Source of the DNA: Scyliorhinus canicula
Lineage: Eukaryota
Reading direction: 5' to 3'
Length of the DNA stretch: 64,000 nt
Assembly: GCF_902713615.1 (NCBI RefSeq)
Contig: NC_052155.1
Coordinates: forward strand, 58,399,654-58,463,653
Numbering within the stretch: position 1 is the first letter of the stretch; the number at the start of each line of letters is the position of its first letter. A program made the position numbers and the translations under genes. Positions 50,901 through 63,179 of this stretch are shown here, one piece after another. The notes under the pieces are model-generated. The model ran no database searches, was not told the origin of the DNA, and saw nothing but the letters and a program-made list of their open reading frames with translations.

Positions 50901-51850
50901 TTGATTCTTTAACCATTTGTGCTCCTCCCATTCATTTTTTATCTCCCACTCTATCGTGTCTGAAGATTCGATAACCAGGGATATTGAGCTGCCAATTTTG
51001 CCCCTCCTTCTGCCAGGTTTCCGTTATAGCAATGACATCTTGCTACCATGTGTCTATCTGTGCCCTTGACTCATCTGCCTTGTTTGTAATGCTCCTTGCC
51101 TTGAAGTATAAACAGTTTAACCCCAACATTGTCCCTTGCTGGACACTTTTTAAACTTTGCTTCTCCTATAATCCAAGTCTATCACTACATCTTCTACCTC
51201 CATTTTCCTGATCTGAATTTGAGCTATCTGATCCTACTCCTGGGATCCCAACCCTGCCACACTAATTTAAATACTCCCCACCAGAACTACGAAAGCCTCT
51301 GCAAGAACATTGGTCCCAGCTCTCCCTGGGTGCAAACCATCTCTCTCCTGGTGCAACCCATCTAGTTTGTACAGGACCCACCTTCCCCAGACCGGTCCCA
51401 GTGCCTCGAAAATCTGAACCCCTCCTGGCTACACCATCTCTCCAGCCACGCATTCATCTTATCTCTCCTCTTGTTCCTGCTCTCTCTAGCGGGTGGAACT
51501 GGGAATAATCCTAAGATTACTACATTTGAGTCCTGCGTTTTAATTTATCTCCTGTACTTGGCTTGCAGGACCTCATCCCTTAGTTTATCTATGTCATTGG
51601 TACCAATGTATACCACCTTCCCTCCCCAGAATGCTCTGCAGCAGCTGTGTGACATCCTGGACCCTGGCACCAGGGAAGTAGCATATCTTGTTTCATGTTT
51701 GTGACCACAGAAGTGTCTGTCTGTGCCCTAACTATTGAATCCCCTATCACTATAGCCCAGCTACACGTTTTTCTCCTCCGTCTGAGCAGCAGAGCCACCC
51801 GTGGTGCTATGAACTTGGCTGCTGCAGCTTTCCCCTGAGAGGCCATTCTT
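47990..51850 (-). mobile_element. Near full-length degenerate CR1 with a nested CR1 3' end (about 50437-50790)
   Basis: ORF1 esterase VIGDSIVR; EN GVYYRLPNS, IVGDFHYPNINW, ILDLVLGN; RT; TTCTATG-type tail. Confidence 0.8.
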
Positions 51851-54476
51851 CCCCCCCCCCCCCCCCCCCCTTCCTCCTATTAAGCAATGAGTTTGTTTAA
51901 AAATTAAAATTACTCACCGGGATATAATCTCCAATCAGCTGTGTTGGTTGGGCCCACGCCTCTTTCTGAACTGTTGTTTGTATTTCTCCTGCCCCTCTCT
52001 TGCTACTTTAAACTCCCAGCTCCTCTCTCGCTCTTTTTTTTCATCCTCACTGTTTGCCACTCATGCAATTTTGCTATCATCAGCAAATTTTGGAATTTTA
52101 CCAATATCCAAGTTACTTGTATTTATGAAAAGAACAGTTGACCTAGCATTGACCCTAGGGGAACACTACAGCCAATCATCCTCCCGCTGGGGGAAAAAAA
52201 AACTTATTTATTACAAGTCTGTTTTCTGTCTTTGAGTCAATTTTTTTTACCCACGTTGACGTGGGCCCATCTATTCCATGAACCACAATGTTGTAAATTA
52301 AGGTATCCACTTTGCTGGCATGGATATTGTTCATGAATGAACAGATGTTCTGGAAGGAAATGTGGAGGAGGGTGGCTGTGAATGTTGGTAGCAGTGGTGA
52401 GTTGGGTAAGTGGATGAGAAGAATGTTGGTCGGATTAGCTCCCAGCAGGCACACTTTGTGGGAGAGATTCGAGTTGCTAATCACAAGGAGGCAGCAACTA
52501 GTGTAACAACGGGCCATTCAGAAAATGCCAGGAGAGGCAGAGGGTAAATTTAGGCTTCTCTAAAGAGAAATAAAAGCAATGGGCTGAAGTCAGGAAACGC
52601 AGCCAAAATGCACACATGACTTGAGGGATATACGATATAATACTTCTATCCTGTCTGGCCGAAAAGTCTTGAAGCATTTCACAGTGAATTTCTTTTCAAG
52701 TGCAGTAATTGTTAGTGTTCAGACAAAACAGCAGTCATTTTGCATGCACACTGACCTCAAACAGTGGGGTAAAATGATTAAGCTTTTGTATTTTTCCTTT
52801 GGGATGATGTTGGCTCAGGGAGCAGTATTGGCCAGAACACAGACTTTTTGAAATGTGATTTTTAATATTCACCTCAAACTGAGAACCTGTGTGTTTGTTA
52901 ACATTTTGTCTAAAGGACAACATCCTTTCAATAACGCAGCAGCCCCTCTGCACTGCAATAGAAGAGCAGTTTCCATTACAAGTTTTCTCTCCTGGTTTGA
53001 GATTCAAACTATAACCTTCCAATCCAAAAGTGAAATTACTTCAGCTTGGCTTATTTGGTAGTACATAAAAATAGGAGAACCATTTGTAATATTTATTACA
53101 TTCACAGCTGTTTTGATGATACCTGATGAAATTTAGGTTATGTTGTGAACATTTTTCACGAGTGCCTTGCCTTTTTTAAATGATACAATTGTCTTTATGT
53201 TATACTGTGGTGCATTTTAAATGTATTGTAAAACCCAATTTTGCTGCCCTTCCAAACATTCTTTAGTATGTTTTTGAAGCTTAGTTAGTACTTTAACATT
53301 TCTGCTCATTCACTACTTGTGCGTCATGATCTATCATTATTTTTAGAATGCAATTATCCTGAATTGCATCGATTGAGATGTCAGTAGATGGCAATATGGT
53401 GACATCTCAAACTCTGTATCCAGTATTCTGACTGGTACCCTACATAGATTGGGCTTAGAAATTAATCTTTCACAATCTACCCCCTGGGAATTGGTGAAAT
53501 TTTACATAATAATTGTATATATTATTAAACTATTGCCAATCTTGAAGATTCATAAAATATACTGGGGTATTTTAATTCAAATCATGAAACATCTTGATCG
53601 AGTAGGTCTGACTATTTTTATAAGCTGTTATGTGGGTTTCATGGTTTCAGGCTTTCAAGCTGCTTTTGTTGCCAAAAGATCTGCCTTTTTACTTGTTTTT
53701 TCCTAACATGACTTTGACAAATTAAAAAAATTGCTGTTGAATTGGTGGAAGCTGATTATGGCAAATTGATTTAAACTTTTTTAACCTTGTACAACCAAGC
53801 ATGATAGAGGAAGTGAAGTTCCTTGATTGACATTAGCAGTAGCATGGGGAATGCAAACAACACTAAAAGCTCCACAGCAGGATTACTGGGGCCCTGTCAG
53901 GGATCAGTATACAGACTGTGGAATACTCATGCATACTGTTATTTAACAACAACAATAATTCTTTGTTCATAGTTTGATTGTAAATTTTCCCATTTCAAAC
54001 ATAAAAGCTGAGTCTTCAGTTTTTGCCTTTGAGGTTAAAGCTGTAGTTTTCAGCAGCTGCACTATCTGGCGTAAAGATCATGCTAATTTTAGTTTTGTAG
54101 GTTAGTGTGTAACACAGCAAAAATGATAGCTTTAGAACACCTGCACCTTTGCACTGGGATTCTTGTGCTAATGCTTTCAAAACCAGAAAAACAGATCAGA
54201 TAACAAAACAGTCCAGCATTTGATTGGTCTCTGCATCGGGGGCTTGCACAGTCTCATTTTAGTCTGGAGCCTTAAGTAGGTCAGGCCTAGCTTAGCCAGC
54301 CTGCAGATGATCAGCTGCAGATGATCTCTGGATGAAGTCAAGCTGAAAGGAATTTCAGTGAACCCCTCCTAATAGGCGTAGGCCTAAAAAGGCTGGCCTA
54401 GTTAAGCTTCAGCTTATAGTGTGAGTGAAGGCTTTGCAGTCAGTCTGAAGTTTGTGTGATGTGCTCTACACAAAAT

Positions 54477-54859
54477 ATGCTCGGCAAAAAATCAAATCGA
54501 TCCTCAAATTTTACAATATATGAAAAGATTGATCTGTTAAAACTTGTACGGCCTCACATCAAAGTCTTGGAGGTTCATAAGAATAACCAAGCCATAATTG
54601 TTGAAAAGAATCGTTGCTGGGAAACTATAGCACAGCAATACAATGCTGTTGGAGTGGATCGCCCTCCTCGTAGCGCACAGGCGTTGCGAACACTATATAA
54701 ACGCATTAAAGAAAGTGCTAAACAAGAGATAGCCAGGAGAGAACAGCTGCATCCAGACTATAAAGGAAACGTCTCTGAGCCAACCAGAAGAATTCTAGAA
54801 ATGATTCCTCACATTTTCCAACCACTTTTGAAGGTGATAGACCCCGACAACATACAAAG
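54477..54859 (+). CDS. FSBP: FSBP coding exon 1 (fibrinogen silencer-binding protein, Myb/SANT-like DNA-binding domain)
   Basis: MLGKKSNRSSNFTIYEKIDLLKLVRPHIKVLE...IIVEKNRCWE...GVDRPPRSAQALRTLYKR matches the FSBP N-terminus (human [24 protein letters not shown]...). Donor AAG|GTAAGG, phase 2. An in-frame ATG at 54459 is an alternative start. Confidence 0.95.
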
Positions 54860-55529
54860 GTAAGGCTATCACATTTTACTAACTGGAATAAAATATTTTA
54901 AATAAATGCTCTTTACCTGAGGCTAGTGTTCAGTGCTCATTTTCAAAATGGCCACTTGATTCATGTCTGTGGAATTGGGAGGATATGAGGACCTATGGCT
55001 GAAGCTTTGGTGAGGTGACCAATATAAAGAAATGATTCAAATTCTAATTTTGGACCTTGATTTCAGTTGGTCAAGCGCTTGCCCTCTAATTGGATTGCAA
55101 GTTTAAGATTCTGTGCTGTCCACTGAGAATAATTGGCTACATGGAACTTTGGATAACATAGTAGCTCAGAAATCAGTCAGCTGCTAATGTTCAAGATAGT
55201 CATCGAACATTTTCTAGAATCGGATTAAAATAAGGTAAGCCACTAACCGATCTTTACTCAAAGTATGATGAAATGTGGAAATCTTCTGCCACGTGGAGGG
55301 GTTGGTTCAGATAGCACCGATGTATTTAAAGAAAGGCTTCATGTATGAAAAGTAGGAATAGGGTGCGAGGGATATTTAGATTGGGAAAGCCTGTTTGCAA
55401 TATAAATACTGGCATAATGGCCTTGTGCACTGCTCTTTTTCGATATTTAAATGGAGAAATTTGTGACCACGCAGACAGTGAGGAGTCAGCAAAAGTGGTT
55501 GTGAGGAAGAGCTGGGAGATATCATCTAT

Positions 55530-56745
55530 CAGACAGTAGGACATAGGAGCAGAATTAAGCCATTGGGCCCATCGAATCTGCTCCGCGATTCAATCATGGC
55601 TGATATTTCTCTCAACCCAGCCTTCTCCCCATAACCCCTGATCCCCTTATTAATCAAGAACCTATCTATCTCTGTTTTGAAGACAGTGATTTGGCCCCCA
55701 CAGCCTTCTGCGGCAAAGAGTTCCACAGATTCATCACCCTCTAGCTGAAGAAATTCCTCCTCATCTCTGTTTTAAAGGATTGGCGCTTTAGTCTGAGATA
55801 GTGTCCTCTGCTTCTAGTTTTTCCTACAAGTGGAAACATCCTCTCCACGTCCACTCTATCCAGACCATGCAGTATCTTGCAGGTTTCAATAAGATCCCCC
55901 CTCATCCTTCTAAACTCTAATGAGTACAGACCCAGAGTCCTCAACCGTTCCTCATACGCCAAGCTGTTAATTCCAGGGATCATTCTTGTGAACCTCCTCT
56001 GGACCCTATCCAAGGCCAACACATCCTTCCTTAGATATGGGGCTCAAAACTGCTCACAATACTCCAAATGGGGTTAGGCCAGAGCATTATACAGCCTCAG
56101 AATTACATCCTTGGTCTTGTATTCTAGACCTCTCGACATGAATGCTAACATTGCATTTGCCTTCCTAATTGCTGACTGAACCTGCACATTAACCTTAAGA
56201 TAATCATGAACAAGGACTCCAAAGTCCCTTTTTGCTTCGGATTTCCTAAGCATTCTCCCATTTAGAAAATAGTTTATGCTTGAATTCCTCCTTCCAAAGC
56301 GGATAACCTCACACTTTTCCACATTGTATTTAATCTGCCACTTCATTGCACAATCTCTCCTAGCCTGTCCAAATCCTTCTGCAGCCCCCTTGCTTCCTCA
56401 ATACTACCAGTCCTTCGCCAGATCTTTGTATCACCTGTAAACTTAGCAACAGTGCCTTCAGTTCCTTCTTCCAGATCATTAATGTATATTGTGAAAAGTT
56501 GTGCAGACCCCTGAGGCACACCACTAGTCACCGGCTGGCATCCTGAAAAGGACCCCTTTATCCCCACTCTCTGCCTTCTGCCAGTCAGCCAATCCTCTAT
56601 CCATGCCAGGATCTTGCCCTTAACACCATGGCTCTTAACCTATATAACAATTTCCTATGTGGCACCTTGTCAAAGGCCTTCTCGAAATCTAAATAAATCA
56701 CTTCCACTGGCTCTCCTTGTCTAACTTCCTTGTTACCTCCTCAAA
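55530..56745 (-). mobile_element. CR1 LINE 3' part (FSBP intron)
   Basis: [40 protein letters not shown]. Confidence 0.88.
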
Positions 56746-56779
56746 GATCTACAGATGGAACGTAATATAATTACTTCAG

Positions 56780-58600
56780 AAGATATTACAGAGGGGCAGC
56801 ATCTATACGAGAAACAGAAGAGGGGCCAAAGGGGAATTTTCGGGAGATAATAACGCCGAGGTAAAAAGGGAAGACATTGCAGGAGATGCTTTGGCTCCAA
56901 CTGGATAGGCAAGAGCAGTCCCACTCAGCAGGACAATGGAGAGGTGTTGAAAGAGGATGGCACGATCAACCATGTCAAAAGCTGCAGAGAGATCCAGAAG
57001 AAAATGAAGGATTGTGCCCACTGTCGCATTCACAGGATGGTGGGGCCATTTAAGGGTTTTGGCTTGATTGATGTTCAGATAGAGTTTCTGGAAAGATAGG
57101 CACTGGTTACAACACATTCAAAGACTTTGAAGTTGGGGTGATAGTTTGCAAGGATAGATGGGTCAAGATGGGATGTTTGGGGAAGTGGTGAGGGCAGTAG
57201 ATTTATAAGAGTGAGAAAACTGAGATAGCATCGATGTCAGGAAGAGAGGTTGGTCATTACTCTAATGGCTATGAGTCCAGCAGGATTTGGGTCTTGTGGA
57301 CAATGAGGGTAAATGGAAGGGGAACTGGAGAATGACATGGGTTTGGAGTTGGAGCAGGTGGAAACTTTGAGATAAGAATGTCATGGTGGGCAAAGAAATG
57401 GTGAAACGGAAATGCTAGAAATACTCAACAGGTCAAGAAGTAACTTTGGAGAGTAACACAAGAGTTTGAGTTCAATGGCCAATTATCAGAAGAGGAAAGG
57501 TCAATTTTGGCAGAGATAGTTCAACAGATTATATCAGTCTTGGCAATAGAGAAGTTGATGAACTTGCTGCACTTATTGGAGATGAGGGCGGAGGGGGACA
57601 AGGGAGAAGAGTTGAAGAGCTGTTTAGTACTGCATTCCAAGATGATCCTGATCTCTCTGATTTTGTTGAAGAAAGCAGAATCTGATGGTGAATGCTGATG
57701 TCCAGCTAGATCATGTATGAACATCTTGGATAAAAGAACAAAGAACAAACCTGAAGGAAGAGTATTTTTACTTATGTGTTCTTGGGATTTGAGCACAACT
57801 GGCAAATCCAGCATTTATTGCCCATCCTTATTTTCCTGACCAGGCGGAGGCGATCTGCCTTCTTGAACTGCTGCAGTCTTGTGCAGTGCAGATACAAGTT
57901 CCAAGATTTTGACCATGGGATAGTGAAGGAACAGTGATATAGTTCCAAGTCAAGATGTTGTGTGGCTTGGAGGAGACTTTGCAGGTGATGTAGTCCATAT
58001 GCCTCCTTCATCAAGGTTGCAGAGGTCACATGTTTGAAAGGTGCTGTTGAAGGAGCCTTGGTGAGCTGCTGCAGTGTATCTTCTATATGGTGCACACTGC
58101 TGCCACCTTGTGCCAGTGGTGGAGGATGTGAATGTTTTAAGGGGTGCATTGAATGTTGATAAAATGGGCTGTTTTGTTCTAGATATTGAGCTTCTTGAGT
58201 ATTGTTGAAGCTGAACTCACCCAGGCAAGTAGAGGGTACTCCATCACATTCCTGATTTGTGCCTTGTAGATGTTGGACAGGCTTTGGGGAATCGGCAGGT
58301 GAAATATTTGATACAGAATTCCTAGTTAGGTTTTGTAGCCACAATACTTCAGTGGCTGGCCCAATTCCATTTCTGATCAATGATGAACCTTACGATGTTG
58401 ATGGTGGGAATTTTGATGATGGTAATAGCATTGAATATCAGGTCGATGGTTATAATCTCTCTTGTTGAAGATGATGGTAACTGCCTGGCGCTTGTGTGTG
58501 GTGAACATTACTTGCCGTAGCAATCCAAGCCTGACGGTTCAGGTCTTTTTGTATGCTGTATGGATTGAGGAGTTGAGACTAGTACTGAATTCATTAATTG
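56780..58600 (-). mobile_element. Degenerate L2/CR1-type LINE fragments
   Basis: LLDLSAAFDMVD motif and GGGCAATAAATGCTGG tail. Confidence 0.6.
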
Positions 58601-59329
58601 GCACTTATATTTATTTAATCTCAGCATGGGTCCTGAGAGTTACCCGATGTGTGGATTCTGGGTGGATTAGCATGGAAGGTGTAAGGACAAAGGGTGGGTA
58701 GAGGTCATCGGTTGGCACTGAGTTGTCATTGGGTCTATAAGGATGAGTGAGGGGACATGGAGGATATGGGGCCATGGGTTGGTCAAGGGATATTGGCTGG
58801 TATGAGGGGCTATGGGAATGGGTGGACTGCGTGAGGTGCATGGATGGGGCATGAGAAGTTTTTTTTTGGGGGTGGGTTAGTGTGTTGAGGGAGTGTGAGG
58901 ATGGGAGGGCTGTTTTTTTGTTTTATTCCTTTTCTCCTTTGCTTCGACAGCAGCACCAAGGCTGGCCTTTTGCCAAGTCAGCCTCCAAACTCTTTCCGGG
59001 GGCAGCCACCACACCACCCATTTTCACCACTGCCCCGGAACGGAAATCTGAACTTCTGAGGCACTTTCTCCCAGGTTGGATCTGCGGAACTTGGAATTGT
59101 CCCGTCTTTGCCCTCCTGACCCAGGAAAGAAAATTCAGGCCCGAGCGGTTTGCAAACGGGTGCAAAGTGGGCAGCGACACTGCAGTCATCGCAAACTAGG
59201 GTGGACATTTTAGTTTTGCCACAAAGGCATTGAGGTTAAAGTTTTCCATCTTGGCGGTAAATTAATACTTACACCCGAGAGCAGTTGTTATTTGATGAGC
59301 TGAATAGCCGCTATCAGCTAGATTACAAA

Positions 59330-59935
59330 TTATATGACGGTTATCACACAGCCTTGTCTGATCCTGGCCTCGAGTTTGAAAGGGACTCTTTCATATCTCC
59401 CACTCCAGACAGTTGCAATCATTGAATTATAACGCAGTTGCAAGATTGTGATGAAGCTTCTTTGTGCTGCAAAGATTTAGATGTCCATCAACGGAGCCTT
59501 GTGATTTACTGAATCAGATACTTTGGTCAGGTCGGTGAATGCAATGAAAAATTCCTGATGTTGTTCTTGACATTTTTAAAATATTTGTATGGCAACAAAG
59601 GCCATGTCAAATGTTCCTGTTTGAGTCTTCGGCTGCACTGTCTCTGGGAGGATTTTCTCAGTCACAGGAAGTAGGCGATTCAGGAGAATGTGTCTCATGA
59701 TTTTCCCTATGAAAGACAAGATTGAAATACCGTAATAGTTTCCACAGCATGATTGATCTCCTTCCCTGAAGAAGTTGCAATTGGCGCTTTTGTGACCTTG
59801 GCGTTGGGGAGATTTTTTTCCTGCCAAACCCAGAAGATAAGTGCATGGAGTCTTGATGTGAGCAAAGGCCTACCAGCTTTGAAGACCTTAGCAGCAGTAC
59901 CATCGGGGCCACAGGCTTTGTTCTTTTTCATCATT
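59330..59935 (-). mobile_element. RTE LINE RT fragment
   Basis: NKACGPDG, CGNYYGISILS..GKI..HILLNRL. Confidence 0.75.
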
Positions 59936-60260
59936 CACAAGAATGTAAGGAAAGGCAAGAAAAATAACTGATATTAGACCATTGAATTTAGATGGGAATA
60001 ACATAGGGTTTAAAAAGAAGGGAAGCTGAATTGCTATCAAATGGAGTAGACATAATAGGCTAGTTAAGAGTAGTAGCGGCAGACTGTACAACTTGGTATT
60101 ATAGAAAAAATAGTGGGAAATGGGGGGCAAATTAGATGCATAAGATAAACCGTTGTTTTACCCATTCAATATTGCTGATGATCGTTGGACAATTTGTTGT
60201 CATATTTCTCATACCTTTGAATTTATTGCATCAATGTTATCTGTACAATCTCTCCTTCAG

Positions 60261-60834
60261 GCCTTGTGGCAGTTCTGCTTCTGAACACGATTCCTGCGTG
60301 GAACAACCTGCTAGCTTGAACCCACAACCTGGAACCTCAGGCTACCAGTCCCATTCCTGTCACGATTGGGTAACGCCAGAATCAGAGCCCGAACATGAAG
60401 AGAAACCTCCTCCAATATTAACTGTGCTATCACAGCCGGGTGAAAACTTGCAGCAAGAGAACAAAAATGAGACTCAGCTGGCTACGAATGGCTCTGCCTC
60501 ACCCTTTTCATCTTCTGGGGCGAGAGTATCCTTAACACCATCTCCTAGGCCCGCAAGGAGGGAATACAGTTTGTTCAGCCACCGGCAGCACCACCAAGGT
60601 GCCCTGCAACATGTTGCCAGTCATGATAACGGAGAAATGCAATTAATGTCTGCAGAGGAACATGAGATAATTATGGAAAATCAAAGAAAGTTTGGACACT
60701 ATCTTGATGAAAAAAGAGAGAGCCTTAAAAGAAAACAAGCATTAGAGGAAGACCTGTTGAGGGCAAAAATCAGAGTGGAAGAATTAAAGGCAGCAAGACT
60801 GCAACAAGGCTTGCCAGCAATCCAGGAAGCCTAA
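60261..60834 (+). CDS. FSBP: FSBP coding exon 2 (C-terminal coiled coil)
   Basis: Acceptor TCTCTCCTTCAG|G, phase-compatible (AG+G = Arg). Ends EEHEIIMENQRKFGHYLDEKRESLKRKQALEEDLLRAKIRVEELKAARL, matching the FSBP C-terminus. Joined CDS 957 nt = 318 aa. Confidence 0.95.
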
Positions 60835-60855
60835 TGTTTATAAATATTTGTCTCC

Positions 60856-61384
60856 ATTAAAATCAACTAAAAGCAATGTTTATGTGCTGTGGATTTTGAT
60901 TCCAAAGATGTTGTTAATACCACAGTCTACCATTGAACACTACATTGTCATTACAGTGATTTTAAAATGTTTTACCAGAGTCTGGCTAAATTGAATAATT
61001 ATCCGGCAATTAATAATATTTAAAAATGAAAATACTTTTGAACTCACGAATGAGAGGCACAAAAAGTTTAATACGTTTTGCCCTATTCTGACCAAATCTT
61101 ACACCCTTATCAAAAGTTGGGTTGCTTGGAAAATGATGTTGGGTGATTTGGTGAATGTAGTGTGTGCAATGTGAATTTCCACCTTGGCTTTCAGGAAAGA
61201 AATTCCGTTACATATATGTGACAGTATCTTATTATAACTTTAGAATGCAATGTGTTAGAATTATTTTTTCCTCCAGTTTTATACAGAGCCTGTTTACTTG
61301 AACAGCTGAGGCAGAATAGCCAAAAGTTCACGGTTCTTATACAAGTCACATTTATAAAATTAATTCTGGGATTGTGAAAATAAA
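60856..61384 (+). terminator. Candidate FSBP polyadenylation signals
   Basis: ATTAAA at 60856 and AATAAA at 61379 in AT-rich non-repetitive sequence after the stop codon. Confidence 0.35.
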
Positions 61385-62364
61385 TGAGTAAAGCTTTTTA
61401 TTTGTTGAAACTGCAGCCCATATTTATGGGCCCATATTGCGCTCTTCCTCCATTATCGGAACAATTTGAGTTTTTAAAAAATGTATTATTTCATGGGATG
61501 TGGGTGTGTCTGGCAAGGCCAGCGTTTGCGGCCCATCCTGAATTGTCCTTGAACTGAGAGGCTTACTTGGGTCATTTCAGAGGGCAGTTAAGAATCAACT
61601 CCATTACTGTGGATCTGAAGTCACGTGTAGGCCAGACCAGGTAAGGATGGCAGATTTCCTTCCCTAAAAGACATTAGTGAGCCAGATGGGTGTTTGCAAC
61701 AATGTCGGATTGCTTCATGGTCACCAATACTAAAACTAGCTTTCAACTCCAGATTCTTATTAGTTGAATTTAAATTCCACCAATTGTCATCATGGGGTTG
61801 AACCCATGACCCCAGACTACTAGCCTGGCCTCTGGATTGTTAGTCCAGTTACATTACCACCATGCCACTGCCTCCACCTTCCCTACCCTCCCCCTCCCTC
61901 TCTTAGTCTACTCTATCTATTGAGTCCAGTTGAAAGTCCAATATCAAGTCTCAAAAAATACGGTAAACTGTATTTTGGTTTAATGCACTTGGTATTGTGA
62001 ACAGTTGTTCATTTCCAAACTCCATACCCCTGTCTTTCATGTCACCACACTTTGCTTCAAAAACTCTCTTGATTGCTGTGTCCTCTACACTTTCTGCTCT
62101 ATGTCTGAGCTTCTGGTCCTTTTGTTAGGTGTTTCCTTTGATTGTAATTTTTGAGCAGCCTTTCTTAATCTCAAATGAATGTGTTGTTTACCAAGGCTTT
62201 CAAAGTTAGGTGGCCGATCAGATGACCTTGATCTCCTCCAAAGGGAAAATTCCTTCAGTTGCACATGATGTTTTCACCTACGCACATACCACTGTTCCCA
62301 TCTTGCTGCCTTTTTGAATTTCTGTGGTACCTCCTCAAAGCACTGAGACTATCCTCAACAGTAG

Positions 62365-63178
62365 CACGCCACAGTAACACAGTGGTTAGCACTGTTGCTT
62401 CACAGCACTGTGTGGAGTGTGCATGCTTTCCCCGTGTCTGCGTGGGTTTCCTCCAGGTGCTCCGGTTTCTTTCCACATTCCAAAGATGTGCAGATTTGGT
62501 GGACTGGCCATGCTAAATTGCCTTTTAATGTCCAAAATCGAGTCTGCACTGGCTCTTGGAAAGAGCACCCTACCCAAGCCCACACCCCCAACCTATCCCC
62601 ATAACCCAGTAATCCCATCCAACACGAAGGGCAATTCCGGACACTAAGGGCAATTTAGCATGGCCAATCCACTTACCTGCACATCTTTGGACTGCGGGAG
62701 GAAACCGGAGCACCCGGAGGAAACCCACGCACACACGGGGAGAACGTGCAGACTCCGCACAGACAGTGATCCAAGCCGGGAATAGAACCTGCGACACTGG
62801 AGCTGTGAAGCAATTGTGCTAACCACTATAGAACATAGAACAGTACAGCACAGAACAGGCCCTTCGGCCCTCGATGTTGTGCCGAGCAATGATCACCCTA
62901 CTTTAAACCCACGTAACCCGTATACCCGTAACCCAACAATCCCCCCATTAACCTTACACTACGGGCAATTTAGCATGGCCAATCCACCTAACCCGCACAT
63001 CTTTGGACTGTGGGAGGAAACCGGAGCACCCGGAGGAAACCCACGCACACACGGGGAGGACGTGCAGACTCCACACAGACAGTGACCCAGCCGGGAATCG
63101 AACCTGGGACCCTGGAGCTGTGAAGCATTGATGCTAACCACCATGCTACCGTGAGGCCCCCTGCTACCGTGCTGCCCA
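62365..63178. mobile_element. Cluster of three nested or adjacent HE1-like SINEs
   Basis: One + copy (about 62365-62535) and two - copies (about 62538-62828, 62828-63155). Confidence 0.85.
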
Positions 63179-63179
63179 T

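Noticed and set aside
57772-58380. 202-aa minus-strand ORF
   Set aside because: Off-frame reading of a degenerate LINE 3' end.
60136-60260. Hydrophobic N-terminus of the 232-aa ORF, resembling a signal or TM segment
   Set aside because: Intronic read-through upstream of the FSBP exon 2 acceptor at 60260.
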